A DNA stretch of 64,000 nucleotides from an uncultured Alphaproteobacteria bacterium (GTDB taxonomy: Bacteria > Pseudomonadota > Alphaproteobacteria > Methylaequorales > Methylaequoraceae): positions 56,580 through 120,579 of the forward strand of contig CACJRF010000003.1 in the NCBI GenBank assembly GCA_902595755.1, written 5' to 3'. Shown here one piece after another: positions 61,407-64,000 of this stretch. Each line of letters starts with the position of its first letter. The stretch's first letter is position 1. The notes beneath the pieces were generated by a model, which was not told where the DNA came from, ran no database searches, and saw only the letters and a program-made list of their open reading frames with translations. The position numbers were made by a program, and so were the translations under genes.

Positions 61407-62984
61407 TTACTTAAATTTTAGAAGGTGGTAAGTAATACTATCATGCAGTGCTATATACGATGCATCGATAACATTATAAGAAACACCTATAGTAGACCAT
61501 TTCTCATTTTTATTAGATGATTCAATTCTTACCCTTACTAAAGCATTAGTTCCATCTTGAGGCGTTAAAATTCTTACTTTATAATCAATTAGATTTAAAC
61601 TTTTTATTGAAGGGTAAAATTTTATTAAAGCTTTTCTTAAAGCTATATCTAAAGCATGAATTGGACCATTACCCTCTGCTGCACTATAAAATTCTTTTTT
61701 TTCAACAAATATTTTGATTCTAGCTTCTGAAATTGGGACAAATTTACTATCAGAATTTTTTCTTTTTTCATCAGAAACTTTAAAGCTTTCAAGACTATAA
61801 AACTCTTTAAATTTTTGAAGTGATCTTCTCGCTAAAAGTTCAAAACTTGCCTCTGCACCATCATATGCATAACCTAAAAATTCCTGATTTTTGACAATTT
61901 CTAAAAACTTTTTGACTCTTATATCATTTTTTTTTACTTTAATTTTGAATTTTTTTAATCTATTAATTATATTTCCTACACCTGACTGATTTGAGACAAC
62001 TAACACTCTGGTATTCCCAACTTTTTCTGGATCTACATGTTCATAAGATTTAGGATCTTTTTCAACTGCAGAAATATGTAAGCCACCCTTATGCGCAAAT
62101 GCAGCAGAACCTACGAAAGGAAGGTTTCTTGGAGATTGTCTGTTTAATGTTTCATCAATAAATCTACTTGCGTTGGTAATCTTATTTAATTTATTACTTA
62201 ATTTACATTTTATGTTCATTTTGAGGATTAAATTTGAAGCTACATTAACTAAATTTGCATTTCCACACCTTTCTCCTAAACCATTAAAAGTCCCCTGAAC
62301 CTGCCTAACACCTAACCTTACAGATTCAATAGAGTTATAGGTAGCATTGTCTGTATCATTATGGAAATGAACTCCTAATGATCTTTCTGGAATGATCTCC
62401 TTAACTTTATTTAAAATATTTTTTAATTCAAAAGGCAAAGTACCTCCGTTTGTGTCACATAAAACTATCCATTTTGCACCACTTTGATATGCTTGTTTTA
62501 TTGATTCTAATGCATAATCCTGATTATTTTTAAAACCGTCAAAAAAATGTTCAGCATCAAACATTACTTCATCCAATCTTCTTGAGGCATACGAAATAGT
62601 GTCATCAATCATCTCAAGATTTTGCTTAAGTGAAATTCTTAATGCGTTTTTAACGTGAAAATCCCATGTTTTTCCTACAAGACATGCTGTTCCAACGCCG
62701 GAATTTAAAACTGCATTCAAATTAGGATCATTTGCAGCACTCTTTCCGTGTTTTCTCATCATACCAAATGCAACAACTTTTGTATTTCTTGACTTAGGTA
62801 GAGACTTAAAAAATTTATCATCTGTTGGGTTTGCTCCTGGCCAACCACCCTCGATATAGTCTAGACCCATATCATATAAAATTTCTAAAATTTTAAGTTT
62901 ATCATTAAAACTAAAATTTACACCTTTACTTTGAGCTCCATCTCGAAGAGTACTATCATACAATTTAACAATGCTACTATTCAC
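61407..62984 (-). CDS. cimA: Citramalate synthase
   Basis: YDSTLRDGAQ, EGGWPGANP, DAEHFFDG and FAHKGGLH. Confidence 0.93.
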   Translation of the reverse strand: MNSSIVKLYDSTLRDGAQSKGVNFSFNDKLKILEILYDMGLDYIEGGWPGANPTDDKFFKSLPKSRNTKVVAFGMMRKHGKSAANDPNLNAVLNSGVGTACLVGKTWDFHVKNALRISLKQNLEMIDDTISYASRRLDEVMFDAEHFFDGFKNNQDYALESIKQAYQSGAKWIVLCDTNGGTLPFELKNILNKVKEIIPERSLGVHFHNDTDNATYNSIESVRLGVRQVQGTFNGLGERCGNANLVNVASNLILKMNIKCKLSNKLNKITNASRFIDETLNRQSPRNLPFVGSAAFAHKGGLHISAVEKDPKSYEHVDPEKVGNTRVLVVSNQSGVGNIINRLKKFKIKVKKNDIRVKKFLEIVKNQEFLGYAYDGAEASFELLARRSLQKFKEFYSLESFKVSDEKRKNSDSKFVPISEARIKIFVEKKEFYSAAEGNGPIHALDIALRKALIKFYPSIKSLNLIDYKVRILTPQDGTNALVRVRIESSNKNEKWSTIGVSYNVIDASYIALHDSITYHLLKFK

Positions 62985-63999
62985 TATTAACCTTTATTCT
63001 ATTAACTATTTCTCTAGTATTTAGTAAAGTTAGAAGATTATTCATACTTGGCCCAAACTGTTTACCTGTCAAAATAATTCTAAGCTTAGTGTAAAGTTCT
63101 TTTGGTTTAATGTCACATTTTTCTAATATTTTTTTTGTCCACTCTACCCATGTTTTGGAGTTAATCTTTTCTGGCAATTCATCTAAAATAATTTTTTTTA
63201 AATCATTACTTAATACAACTTTATCTTCTAATATTAACTCGGAATTAGTTATTTCATACCAATCTTCAGCCTCTTTGATATTATCAATATTAGATTTAAC
63301 AATTTCCCAAAAACTTTGATTAAAGATGGGGTTAGTTATTTTTTTTAAATCCTGAAAACTTAGTTCTTTTAAGTATTTAGAATTCAGTCTATGAAGATCA
63401 TTTGGATCATAAAATATAGAATTCTTAGAAAAAATTTTTAGGTCAAACTCCTGAACCAATTTATCTATACCTATTATCCTTTCTACAGAACTACTTGTAC
63501 CTATTTTACTTAAATAATTTATTATTATTATAGGAAGAACTTGTTCAGACCTAAGTTGATTAATAGAATCTTTTCCTGTTCTTTTTGAAAGACCCTCTCC
63601 TGAAATTGACTTAATTAAAGGGAAGTGTCCGAACTCTGGTACTTTTGAATCAAGCATTTTAAATAACTGAATCTGTGCTGCCGTATTTGTTAAATGATCA
63701 TCCCCTCTCATTATATGAGTTACATTTAAATCAGCATCATCAACTACAGATGTAATTGTAAATAAGGGGAGTTCATCTGAACGAAAAATAACTGGATCAG
63801 ATATTGATAAGTTTTTAAAAGTTACTTTATCATGAATTTTATCTTCCCAAGTAATTACCTCGTCATTTAATTTAAGACGCCAGTGTGGTTTTTTTCCTGA
63901 AGAAATTAGTGAACTAATTTCCGATTTTTTTAATTTGAGTGATCCTCTATCATATATTGGAGGTCTCCCCTGTTTTAATAAAATCTTCCTTTTTAAGGA
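62977..63999 (-). CDS. gltX: Glutamate-tRNA ligase, 3' part (5' end beyond the window)
   Basis: Frame is open to the window edge: RPPIYDR...PHWRLKL...SVVDD...THIMRGDDH...GLSKR. Confidence 0.93.
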   Translation of the reverse strand, partial: SLKRKILLKQGRPPIYDRGSLKLKKSEISSLISSGKKPHWRLKLNDEVITWEDKIHDKVTFKNLSISDPVIFRSDELPLFTITSVVDDADLNVTHIMRGDDHLTNTAAQIQLFKMLDSKVPEFGHFPLIKSISGEGLSKRTGKDSINQLRSEQVLPIIIINYLSKIGTSSSVERIIGIDKLVQEFDLKIFSKNSIFYDPNDLHRLNSKYLKELSFQDLKKITNPIFNQSFWEIVKSNIDNIKEAEDWYEITNSELILEDKVVLSNDLKKIILDELPEKINSKTWVEWTKKILEKCDIKPKELYTKLRIILTGKQFGPSMNNLLTLLNTREIVNRIKVNSE

Positions 64000-64000
64000 G

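Noticed and set aside
2221..63319. Many 60-190 aa ORFs antisense to or nested in long genes (e.g. 19084-19659, 33045-33455, 40353-40790)
   Set aside because: Shadow frames of well-supported genes, with no motifs or RBS.

Overview
Very AT-rich, tightly packed chromosomal segment of an alphaproteobacterium. The assignment rests on a GTTC-N7-GTTC LexA box at recA, a one-Cys DksA, Irr-like boxes and PopZ-like proteins; the gene density suggests a streamlined, probably marine lineage (inference). The first ~12 kb is a flagellin-associated locus: 3' part of a short divergent flagellin, two FliS-like chaperones, a FliT-like protein, a ClC channel lacking its gating glutamate, a TPR-sulfotransferase, FliB, a PhyH-type 2OG-Fe(II) dioxygenase, an O-antigen-ligase-like gene and two microproteins missed by the ORF track. 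Five sigma-54 (-24/-12) motifs sit in front of fliS2, the sulfotransferase, fliB, the dioxygenase and a distant TPR-SGNH gene at 49 kb, which suggests a co-regulated flagellin-tailoring system. The rest is mostly housekeeping: guaAB, an RND pump, pssA/psd, icd, alaS, recA, dksA, purBCSQL, rpsD, cimA and partial gltX. It also holds a two-subunit NAD-dependent formate dehydrogenase with an OFA transporter and cofactor genes, a contiguous seven-gene queuosine cluster with an atypical QueD, tRNA-Leu(TAA) and a divergent pair of PopZ-like genes. No CRISPR array, integrase, transposase or rRNA was seen. All family assignments come from motif recognition by eye, not database searches.
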